This document shows, in pieces, positions 12,230-23,656 of a stretch of 64,000 nt of DNA. This stretch comes from Chlorokybus atmophyticus (lineage: Eukaryota; Plantae; Mesostigma and Chlorokybus algae). The stretch is from assembly GCA_009103225.1 (NCBI GenBank), contig RHPI01002090.1, forward strand, positions 578,221-642,220, given 5' to 3'. Numbering within the stretch: the first letter of the stretch is position 1; the number at the start of each line of letters is the position of its first letter. Under the pieces are notes generated by a model. The model searched no databases. It had not been told where the DNA came from and was given only the letters and a program-made list of their open reading frames with translations. The translations under genes and the position numbers were made by a program.

Positions 12230-13966
12230 TGTTGCAGAGATCGGCAAGCTAAAAAACATTGTGGATGATGACATCCCTACCATGTTGGCGACATTGTCGA
12301 TTTTGGAGTAGATTTGGAGGCAGCCTTCACACCAGCAGATATTAACACTGTCCCTACTGTAGAACAAACGTAAAGGCGAGCCTGCAAAAAGTCCAACGGG
12401 CGTCCAAAAACCACACACACCAAGACTGCAAAGATCGCGCAGCACCTGCACATTAGATTTTGCAGGTACATGCGTAAACGCACCAACCAGGACGGCAGAT
12501 GAGCTGAAGGGACATATGGGGAATTCTCTCTCCAAAGCAGTGCGGGCGCGTGTGATGTTGGAAGTACGTTTGTTCTTATAGAATTATAGACGTTGTATGC
12601 AAGTGAAGTAGTATTTGGGAAAAAGGCTGTGCAATAAATTTAGCTTACGTGAAGCATATATGGGCGTGCAGGACCTGAAACATAAAAAAGATGAGTAGAG
12701 TTTCCATCAACAACGTGCGGAGAGCCACCGAGGAGTATTTGCAAAAGCATCACACTGGAGCCTTTGCATTTGTAAGCACATGCAGCATGCAACTGTTAGC
12801 AAAAAATGCCATTACAACCCCTTGGTTGCTAACCTTATCGCTTGTTACACAGAACAAGATTTTTGAGACGACGCTGAGCATGATTACAACAACATTCCCC
12901 TCTATCGAAAGGAGCAAGCCACACCAAAGCAGACACAGCGTTAGCGGCAGCAAGGTTCTGATGTTGCCGCTGTAGGTTCAGCGTCAACAGCGTCAACAGC
13001 AAAGGAAACCGAGTACGACTTTGCTGTTACGAAGACTAGGGAGCTAAAGGAGCTTGAGGACCAACTTGAGGATGTGATGCATAAGGGGTCGGAGGAGTCG
13101 GCGCAGAAGGCTGCGAAGGAGATGTTGGAATTGGCGGAGCAGTCTAAGGAAGAAGAGGTGGTGCCACCTGCAAAGCAGCCGAGGCATGAAAATAAAAAAA
13201 GTCATCGACAGCCGGCTCTCCCCAAACACCTGTGAGTAATCACGCAAATACTTAAAACATCATATGTGTGTCTTATGTCATAGGCCGAGACAGTCTGTGC
13301 GTCAATATACGTACATGATATCCTTACCATTTTCCTTACACACAGGGTGGCGGGGTGAACCAACCTGTAGCCGATGCCCCACATGCTACCAAGCACGGTA
13401 CATTAAGGCAACACCGATCGGCGCAGGCATGTGAACCGGCTGTGACCAATGCTGCAGCCGATGTCTATCAATTCACCAAGACGGGGATGGACACTGTGGA
13501 GTTGCCACCGCCATCAGAAGAACATCTGCTGGTGCGTCTTAATTTCCATGGTATCATGCATATTGATCACATGCCATGGGCGCCATGCTGCATGCATTGC
13601 TCAGCTGCAGCCTATGACAATTCACACCAACTTACCGTCACTTGTTGTTTGCAGAGTGACAGAAAGCTTCCCAACCGCAAGCGCACGCAGAGAGCAACCG
13701 GTCACCCATGGCAATTATGGACAAGCGGTTCAATTCCCATAGGCGAACTCCTCCATTTTTCTGGCAAAGATTTCGTCATCAAGCCTTCCAACGTCCCTGG
13801 CGCAGTGCTGGACTTGTTCACCTGCCAGCCTATTAAGGGTGAACGCATCGTGGTCCTGGACGGTAAGTCGTACTCCTACAAAGAGATTCAGACATTCCCT
13901 CAGAGGGAGCACCAGCACCATCAGCAATACCATCTGCAGGTCATCAATGACATGCCACAATGCTAG
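12230..13966 (+). pseudogene. Degenerate spliced gene of unknown function (acidic/charged segment, CxxCxxC, C-terminal globular segment)
   Basis: Exon-like pieces: ETEYDFAVTKTRELKELEDQLEDVMHKGSEESAQKAAKEMLELAEQSKEEE, CSRCPTC, WQLWTSGSIPIGELLHFSGKDFVIK...VVLDGKSYSY. Stops in the upstream pieces. Confidence 0.4.
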
Positions 13967-14363
13967 AAAGCAGTCATCGATGGCCACCCCTCAATATGGG
14001 AACATAGCTGGCTTCCACCACTCCCAGCCGCGATACGCAGCACAAACCCAACTACCACATCATGGACTCCTGTGATGAGGCTGCGGTGCAGGCAGCTAAG
14101 GTCAGGAGTCAGAGTAACATCGCCGCTGGGGAAGAGCAATCCATGCAATATGTATCCCTTCCCTCCACCTCCAGACGAGCAACCTACAGACGGTATATGC
14201 AGTATATGCAGCATATGGCTCATGCCTGTAGACATCACTTAATATGCCAGACACTTGCTCTTGCTGTCATAGACCGCATCTGTGAGAGCTGTTCAGTTTG
14301 TGAGATTATCATTCTGCATTGCAGACAATGTGCTAATCACCATTTTACTTCAGGTCATGAAGT

Positions 14364-16927
14364 CACCGGTAGAAATGGGTTTCGGCAAGTCAGAATGGAT
14401 CCCCAATTTACCAGAGATTTAGTAATGGTTTGTTAGGGGTTCGCCAGATCCCTAATTAATGTATTGCTAAATTCCTACGTAAGTTAGAACCAATCACAAG
14501 CAGCCATTAATCGGTTGCATATTTGTACCAGATCTCTAAACAACATTGGGGACTGGGCATTACAATTGTCAACAGTCATGGTCGTGACAAAGAGCTGTAT
14601 AAATGTGTATCAAAATATTGACCACATCTTGGACGCCGTTGGGTACACAATGGCTACATTACAATGCATTTGGATCCAAACAATGGGCGATACGAATCAT
14701 TATTGCGAACGTGATTGGTTCCGTCATTAATGCATGGATCTAGCAGTCATAAACTTGCGTTGCATAACGTCGGTCATTACACCGTACGAATACAATTGCT
14801 TAAATTATTTGCCACCTGACCATCAGTATAGTGCTGGTCCAAGCTTCTTGCCTGTTGGTACTTAAGTACCTACAGGCATGCCCGCGACCTACCTAGTATT
14901 TGCCTTAATGATGACGCAGCATACTATCACCAGTGGTCATTGACCACTGTATCAATTTAAAAAAACGCACCGGCGCAACTTGCTGGTGGTAAGTGATACA
15001 GGGAGTTTATGGCAACAGCCTACCCTAGGACCAATGTTGTGGCTGGATGCTTGGGGTCGCTAACTCAGATTCGAGTTCCCACACCACCCGCAGACCAACT
15101 TATGCTTAAACACCTACCCTGTGCCTAGCTGTTTATCGAGGTGTCTACAGTATTTTATAATGCATACACATGTAACTACTTTCGTTTTATCAGTACGTAC
15201 GTACACATATCATAGTTTTTAAAATTGTATACACCTATCAGTATTGTTTACCGGTAGTGCTGTTGTATGCAACTATGATGCATGTGTCGCATGACACATG
15301 CGTTGCGTAAACATGAATGCAATACAATTGGCATAAGAGACAACTAACGGAGCAAGCACTTATACTATTTTTTAAAATACCACAGTATGCGTCTCGTATC
15401 GTCGTAGTATAGTTAGTCAATTCATAGGTCTTGAGGCGTTCGTTATTAAGTAATTCTGCAGACTTTCCCGCGCAGGTCTAATGACCGGCGGTATACAACT
15501 CTGTTCCAATGCTGCACTTTTGTTTTTTTTGCCGCGGATTGCGACTATACTATCGCATTAAGATCAATCCTCTTAATGCGTGATTCAACATAAGATTATT
15601 TCATGATGTGGCTATAACTAAATTTAAGAAAAGACGATACCAAATTTAATGCACACCAACTAATTGACCTTAATGGCTGCTGGATACCAGACTAAGTCGT
15701 GACTAAGGCACCCCCTCCCCCCCCTAAAAAAGATATAAAAAATTTGCCACTTAAGTTATGGCTGGGATTCTTATTAAATTATGTTAAAGCCACATTGTTG
15801 GGGGGCCATTTCTACCAGTGAGTACTTCTTTGAGGCGGCCAGAGAAAAGTTTATCAAAGAGGCAACAGACATGGCAGCTGGCCACGACGTTGCGCTCGAA
15901 GATGGCGCGTACCTCGCCGCTTGCATTGCAACGCGATAAGGTGGTAGATCTTTAGGCGCCTACACATAGAGGGTGCTGAAACAACCACAGGTCGCACGAA
16001 ATTAAAGATGGAACGCAAGTGTTAAGAAGGCTTCATCAGTGCATGCTCGTACATGTCATTGTGCATTTGTAGACCATCTGTCCTGCGATTAAAGCGACAC
16101 AGTCAATCACGCTGTCAATAAAGGCATCTGTACGCCTTTTAAAAGGGATATCTAACTCAGCTGAAAGCAAGTGCGCTGAGCTTCCACGCGTGCTAGATAG
16201 ACTATTCCTGCTGTTAAATCAAATAGAGTTTAATACAGAACAAGAGAATGAACAGAGGGTATGTAAGAGTGACATGGTTTTGGTGTTAATTATGTTCTAA
16301 CTGGTAGATATAATCTGCAGAAACTTACCAAGGAAGTGTTCCGTAAGGCAGAGATTGCAATTCGCCAAGGCTTTCAAGAGTGGCGCTCAAGGCGCCATGG
16401 TGACACGGGCTCCAAACCAGCACAGGCTAAGAAGCAGGACTGTTAGTGAAAAGTGAAAAGACGAATGTTGTATGTTCATGCCGCGCAATAGTGTCAATGA
16501 AAGCAGGCGGTGTTGGTCGATTAAAGAACAGTTAATTGCCGTGCGCACCAATGTTCAAAACGCCCAAGATACGACTGCACAGTGCAGGCTGAGCAACAGG
16601 AACTGCAGCAGCGAAACATGGAGGATTGGGAGACATGCCGACTACGCATCAACTGTTGAGATGGACGATGACAAGCATACACATGCATGCGTGATCCAAC
16701 CCCAAAAAGCTGCAACGCAGCGGGATTTGCGACCCCGTCACCGGGTTTCGAATCTGTGCGGATGCGCCTGTTGAGATTGCAAGCAACGACTTACGACCTA
16801 AACCCTTAGCGATTAGATTACAACAACACAAGACAGGTAATAAGGCGAGTGTAAATGTCATTATCTTTTTTTATTGCGTTAATTGTCTCATGTGCCGCAA
16901 GAATTGTTGAATGGATTGCATGCATGG

Positions 16928-16963
<36 letters not shown>

Positions 16964-17840
16964 GTGCATATACGTATGTATATACAATATATATATATAT
17001 ATACATGTATATACATCCATAAACCGGTAGCCGTTTATGTATATACGGCTACCGGTACCTGTCTTTTAATTCTTTAAATATAGTTGTGAAAGAGATTACA
17101 AGAATGTAGGTGTCTTGAGGATGAAACATGTGTTAGACCTGCCGCCCCGTCCAATCGCAGTGCTTTGTGACTGGCAGATGTTTGCATTAAGTTCCCTGCG
17201 TCACCTGTTTTGGCAAGGTTGTTGGCGGTGAGTTGGGGAAGTCTTTAACTCATTTGCTAGTATTGAACATAACACATGCAAGTAGCAGCCTTTTATATGT
17301 ACTTGCTTGCCCCGCGGCCTGCAACTAGTAGGTTGCGAGGCAAGCCATATATAGGCCGCGGGGTTGATCTTAGCAATGATACGGTCATGAAATCATTAGG
17401 GTTTGTACTAGTGCAAAGTGATGATCGTAACACACACCTTGTTCAGTATACAATAGTGTACTATCAATGAAGTCGATCACAACGTAGATGATTATGTGTA
17501 TAGCTTTAGCATGCAGCATCAATGCATTGTTACACTGTCGCCGCGTCCTTGATTGCGTTTGAGGTATAGTTGCATTATCAATGATTTAGTTACAACTGTA
17601 ATCACGATTTAAACCTTTAATTATGTCAACGGCTTATCCTCAAAGTTGTTGAGGATTCGGTGCTTACAATTATCACCGGCGGAGTGCCGTTTGTGACAGG
17701 TTGTAACAATATTTCAGCTATAGTCATAACATATACACGAATCCGCCGTGAACTTTATTAAATCCGCAGTTTATGTCCGGCTCCGTCCATTACAAAGTTG
17801 CGGATCCAGCCTGACTTGCCAAAACCCATTTCTACCGGTG
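14364..17840. mobile_element. Non-autonomous CACTA/EnSpm-like TIR element (~3.5 kb)
   Basis: 40-bp TIRs: CACCGGTAGAAATGGGTTTCGGCAAGTCAGAATGGATCCC (14364-14403) vs the reverse complement of 17801-17840, 36/40 identical. The CACCGGTAGAAA terminus resembles plant CACTAGTAGAAA. Decayed coding fragments at ~15800-16800. Flanks (AGT / GAT) are not a clean TSD. Confidence 0.75.
16927..17005. repeat. (TA)n-rich microsatellite
   Basis: Interrupted TA dinucleotide run. Confidence 0.9.
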
Positions 17841-18339
17841 GATAAGCGCCTTCATCTCCACACCCCGTGTACTGTAATTATCGGTGTTTAGCTTCGCAAT
17901 CAACCCCTTGTCGTAGCTAGTCTCCATCTTTGCCGCGCCTGCTCCTCTCTAGCAGTTGCACCGAAGGCTCTGCTACTCACAAGCTACCATAGTGTAGTAA
18001 CTACTAATGTCTGCTTATATCACACCCTTGACACGTGTTGTGGGCCCATAACCTATTGAAGAAGCTAACAACACATGTAGCTAAGGCTGATGCTGAACAT
18101 GCACACACATAATCCTACAGCTGCAAGAGCATACACAAGATAACACCAGTTTTTTTATTCATTTATTAAAATTCAGTCATGGGCTTTTATATCCGCTGCA
18201 GTACACCTGTCAACTCTGGAAGCAATTGTGTATGCTACACGTTATCTTTCGTCATAAACTTAATTGCATGACGCAGCTAACTTGAAGACCCTTTTAAAAA
18301 GCTAGGCCATGCGCCAAATGATAACCTAGCTACCAAGTT

Positions 18340-21230
18340 ATGAATGTTCTCTGCGCGCCTGGAACTTTCTCTTCAACTCGAGTCTCCGCCTACAACCTTC
18401 TCGAACGGTGTCCGCGCCTGGAACCTTCTGGCGGCCAAACCTTCGGAGTTGACGTCCGTGCTTATATAGGGGGCAAGGCTGACCGAATATAAAAATATAT
18501 AAAAATATCCTTAACACTATTGTGGCGATGGTTGTGGTGCCGGTTGCTGCGGAGTCCCGTCCCTATGGTTTCACACCGTTGAAAACAGGGCGAGCGCGTC
18601 GGTGGATATATCTGGGTCTAAAACTACAAACCCGCGCAAGTTGCGTACAGAAAGCGGCACCCCCGTTCTTGCCAACACCTCATCTTTCCGAGTTTGGTGT
18701 TCTGAGTTGGATGTTGGTGCATGTGACAAATCGTGGGTGGGGCGTGCAATCAGTTGCTGCACAGGCAAAGGAAGCATCTGTGCGCTGTGGCGTGTGACCG
18801 CCGAGATGGTTGTCGGCCCGGCAGGTAAAGTTGGAATTGAGGCTATTGTGGCTGCTGTTGCCGCTGCTGTTGAGTAAGAGACAGCTGGTTCTGCGTATAT
18901 AAATGGCGGCCAGCGTGTAGGTGTGAGCAGCAGTAGTGGCAGTGATTGCGACCGTGCTGTAGGTGCCCACAGGCACGGGCACAACGATGTGTGCCCGTAT
19001 TGTAGACAAGAGCAAGGGCGACGACTTGCTCGTATAAATCGATGCTGAAGTGGGCTCAGCTGCTTTAGCGAGTGCGCCAACGAGAGCAGCCTCTCCGTTG
19101 GCCAAAGGAGCCAGGGTGGTACCTGCCCCCTAAGCTGGGGTGGTTGCAGCGAGCTGTCCTGTTAATGATGGACCGGCATTGGACAATGCTGTGGGGGCAC
19201 TCCAAGTGGCTGCAGCAGCTGTTGCGGCCGCGGCGAGAGCGTCTCAATTTGCTTGCGCTTTGTCCTCGCAGTTTTTAAGTCTGGAGTTGCAGCGTCGTTG
19301 ACCAAACAACGCCCAGCGAGCAGAGAAGCAAGCTTGAAAGTCATCGTTTCGGGCCTTGGGCTGCAATTTCAGCTTTTGGATCCGTGTTGCCATGGCGACT
19401 GCAGCTTCAAAAGCCTCGGCTGCTGGCAATCGTATTGCTGCAGCAGCAGCGCGGGGGCGAGCATTGTCAACATGACGCGGTGGAGGCCGGTTCTTGCCTT
19501 GAAAGCCGTTGCCTTCGTTGCGAGCTCCCGCGTTGCCGTGAATGGCGTTGTTGCTGTTGTTGTTGTTGTACCCGCTGTTCGGCCTCAACTCCGAGAACTT
19601 GCAATTGGCACAGCACACTGTCTCCAAGTGACCAATCTTGTGGCAGCGATCACATATCAGAGCGGCGTATTGCTTAGTACATTCTGATGGTGACCGTGCC
19701 CGGCACGGGCCGTCCGCAGCGATAGCACATGATTGGAGCGACCAGAGCGGTGTGAGCTGCACAAGGTGGTCCCTTTAGTGGCAGCCTCATAGGCGGCTGA
19801 TCTTGTGCACGCTCTTCGCGGCTTGGCTCAGGTGCTAGTGGGGCTGAGTGCCGTAAAACAGTGCGGGTGCCATCCAACCCTGCCTTCTCCCAAACTTGTC
19901 GGTCTTAAATAGACGGTGCAGCTGTTGATGCTTGCTGCAGCGTGTACCCGCATTGATGAGTGCCATTCAGCGTCATGCGAACACTGTTGCGGAGCGTCGG
20001 CTCGAGCTCGGATATGTACACCGCCGTTGCTTGCTCTTCCGTTAGCACAACTCTGTATTCGACAGCTAGCCTTCTATGCGGGTATATATCTGAAAGGGGT
20101 CCTCGTTGGCCTTGCGTCTGGAGTGGCGCAGTTCTTCAACCTTGTGGATGGTTGCAGGGGGAAAGGTATGCCGTAAAGCTGCCTACAAGTCGGTAAGGGG
20201 AGACGCGGTACGGACCACATTGATGGCAAGGGTGGCATGGCGTAGAGTAATAGATGCAGCGAACATCGTGCTATCCGGCGTTGCAGCAGGGCCAGGGTTT
20301 GGTGGCAGACTCACAGCTATGTCTATTATTGTGAGACGATTTGTCTGCAACACAATGGCCATGCGATCGACCGCACGGTTTTGTTAAGCAGTGATGTGAG
20401 CGGCAATCTCCTCAGCTGTTTTAGTTGTGGTGTTCACTGCGGGATTCAATGTCTCAGCTTACCGGCTAATGGTGCGCATCACAGCAGCCGGCGGAGGACA
20501 GGGAACCGCTACAGGAGCAGGCAATACCCAGGTGGTAGGGGCGGTTACCGCAGTTCCCGTGCGTGGACCAATAGTGACGTCCTGATGCAGAGCAGCAACT
20601 GACCTCCACACAAAAGAAGCCTTAAGGTCTGAGTACTACGCACGGACCTATACAATAATAGGGTCTCTGTCCAGGCATTGCTGCTTTTGTGGGCGAGAAA
20701 GGCCATCGTGGTCGCAAAAGGCCATTATGGTCTTGATCTGATGGCATTTAGTGCCAAGGTGCCACTCCTTGTTTGAATCGTTGTCACCGTCCAAAGACAA
20801 CAGTGGTGTACTGCTGGTAAAGAGTAGGGTGTCGGAAGCTGCTTTCAAAAAATGAGCGAGACTTGTGGCAACTTTTACCGAAGGAACGCGGACTGTGGTG
20901 GCTGGCGTAGTCTCCTTCGGTGTCAAAACTGCTGCACTCGTAGGTGTGGCAACTTTTACCGAAGGAACGCGGACTGTGGTGGCTGGCGCAGTCTCCTTCG
21001 GTGTCGAAACTGCTGCACTCGTAGGTGACATAAGAGCTCAGCTTTCAGCTGTCCAAGTCGCGCGAACCTTCCTCGTCAATGGTTTCGCTAGCAGGTCCCT
21101 CGTAGATGTGTTCTCCCTCCCCAGATCCCATACTTATGAAAGTGATGACAAATATGATAGTGAATGCAGCCTAGAGTGTGTATGCTCCTGCCCATATGTC
21201 ATCGATTCTGTTCACTTCACCCGCAGGTGA
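18340..21230 (-). pseudogene. Retroelement gag remnant with zinc knuckles and an LTR-like tail, no pol
   Basis: CCHC knuckle CDRCHKIGHLETVC (~19615-19655) and a degenerate CYRCGRP.. knuckle. Many stops. 18340-18480 has short GAAGGTTCCAGGCGCG-type subrepeats and TATATAA on the minus strand. Confidence 0.6.
20865..21026. repeat. In-frame tandem duplication, 2 x 81 bp (27 codons)
   Basis: 20865-20945 vs 20946-21026, near-identical (PTSAAVxTPKETxPATTVRVPSVKVAT on -). Confidence 0.93.
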
Positions 21231-22442
21231 CTGTGCAGTTCACTACGGTGACAATAACAGCAAATGCCTCGTAGTTTAAATAAAAATGCAAGCTACAATG
21301 TATGAATGCAGAATGCAGAATCACTCACTTATTGCAAACTGTATCTCAACAAGCCACTTGTAGAGGTACTACCTACTAGTAGTGCTGCATCACACAAACT
21401 TGCATGAGCGGATGGATGTTCTAACTGCCAAGTGAGGTGAACGAACACGCAATTTCGTGGAAGCTATGCTCCAATTGAGAATGTAAACACATTGCGGTAA
21501 GGCATCAAGTATCTCACAGGCAATGCAAGGCGATGTGCACACAAACATGCACACTTTCTCACACGGTGAGGGGTTCTTGGCAACCAGGGCGGCGAGTCCA
21601 CAGCTCAGTCGTTTCACAATTTCTATTCCAGAATTCTCATTCACAATTTCACCAAGTCATACAGCAAAGCAAATTGCTACTACTTACACAAGGCTATATG
21701 GTCAAGGCACATCTGTTCAGTAATGGTTTGAACAATGCTAACGGCAACTGACATAACATGGCCAAAGCAATACGTCAGGTTTCGATGTAGCCGAACTGAC
21801 TCTCAATTGGTCATCAACCGTGAGCTACCCATCAGTCGTGTAATATGGAGCGAAGCTATTATTAATGTTGACATGCACACGGTGACAAACGCATGCACAT
21901 GGGCGACATGCTACATCACAACACTGCAGCCTGTAGTAAGAGCACAAGTTTGCGGGTTCTTATCCCCGCCAGATTCTGCACCGAATACACACACTACCGG
22001 TCGACAAGCGCCACCGTAAAATCTACTTAGTCAAATTTTCAACAAGCTACGTCACTTGTCTGTTGACTCCGTATCCACCCGGATTCAACGGTTGTAAGGC
22101 CTTGCTCTGGAGTCTGCTTGGACTGAGTCCGAAGTCATCGAAGTCGTCTCCGTGTATTCCCATGCAGAGGGCAAGCTGACTGGATTTAAAAATGCCTTCA
22201 ACAATTAGCTACCTACGAGTCATACTACAGTGCATGTGCTAGTGGCCAGGGCAGCGCGTCAGCTGTAGTCATGGACGATGAAGTGGAGCAGTCATGATGG
22301 AGCGGCATAACAACATCTTGCTTGAATAATTATAACTGCTTATGTCCTCGAGTGAAATTACAATATAAGTAGTGGTGGCTTGATTCTTGTAAAAACAATT
22401 GGGAGTGCACAGATGCATCACATCATTCACAATAGCAAGCAC

Positions 22443-22775
22443 TGCAACGGTGTGCTACCTCCATAGAGGTTCCCCGCCCTTATTTAGGATTAAATAAGGG
22501 TCCCAACGGGATTATACAGCCTATTAAGCCATATTAAGGCCGTTAACTTATGTTAAGGCCCTAATGTAATGTTACTTATCTGTAACACTGATATCGACAT
22601 GAGACACGAGTCTCATGTCGATATCAGCTGCATGGCGGCGCTGCTAAACGCAGCGACCGCCATAGCCAGGGGATCTTCTGCTTCGGCAATTGCCCCTGGC
22701 GGCGGCGGCGTGGGCGTCGTGGCTGGTGGTGGGGTAGGGGATTTAAGGGAGGAGGGAGCACCCCCTCTCCTTACA
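22443..22775 (+). repeat. 5' LTR
   Basis: Matches 28989-29315; followed by the PBS. Confidence 0.97.
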
Positions 22776-23656
22776 TTGGTATCGGAGCAAGGGCGGCGAG
22801 GGCCTGTGGGAGGGGCGGCGGCTTTGGCGGCGCAGAGGCGGCAGCAGCGGCAGGCGGCAGGCTTAGGCGGCAGCCACTGCAGTGCCGGCGATGGCGGCAC
22901 TAGCAGGCGCTACCCACTAGGGTGGGTAGTGGTGGTTGTTAAGTGTTGTTGTTGTTGTTGTTGTAGTAGTTAGCTGTTGCTGGTGTAGTTAGCTTGCATG
23001 CTTGCCTGCTTAGCCTAGCACAGCCTAGCTGCCTTAGCCTAGCCTAGCCTAGCTTGCTGCTGGGGAAGGCGGCGACTCAGGCAGCCTATCCCCCAAGCAT
23101 TGCATGCCCAGCACATCACATTATAATGTGATATAATTACTGTGCTTGTGCTTGTGTGCTTGCCACTACGTGGATTCGTGGTGGTGTAAAGGGTGTGAAA
23201 TTGTATTCACAAATCCAACCCTTGTGAGGCAGTTCGGTGGCAACATCGGCTGCCGTTACCGCCAGTCAGTGCGGTGACACGCCAGAGTCACTCTGTGCAG
23301 CCGATATCAAACTTACAAATCACAACTCGCTGATATCAGCCTGTAGGGTCGATGCAACGAGATTTTGGCACCCTGTGTGTCAATTACAATTGTGGATTGA
23401 GCTGAGTTGTACAAACTGAAAACTTTGACAAGTTGTAACTTGTGAACCGCCGCGTGGATTCGCGTGCGGTTTGTTTCAACGTGAGTGTCTAGTTGAAAGG
23501 TGTGTGGAGAGCTCTTGTTTAAGCTGAATACTCCACGTTAAGCGCTTGAAACTTGACGAGACAAAATCTATAGATTTTGACACTTTTGCAGTGCACAACT
23601 TGGGTGTTTTGTGCACTTGCACACTTCTACTATTGACGGCTTGTATTCTTGGGCAG

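Larger units (their letters stand above)
14060..17980 (-). mobile_element. Ty1/Copia gag remnant interrupted by the CACTA-like element
   Basis: METSYDKGLIAKLNTDNYSTRGVEMKALI (17927-17841) matches the Copia Gag N-terminal KLNxxNYxxWxxxMxAxL pattern. PBS-like AGTAGCAGAGCC at 17966-17977. Weak gag-like continuation (HDL..., ..ESM) left of 14364. Confidence 0.5.

Noticed and set aside
18356-18450. GAA/TTC motifs resembling heat-shock elements
   Set aside because: Not a full three-unit nGAAn array; better explained as subrepeats of an LTR remnant.
21230-22440. Possible exon fragments (e.g. GNQGGESTAQSF, GIHGDDFDDFG)
   Set aside because: No consistent frame, splice pattern or family motif; left unannotated.
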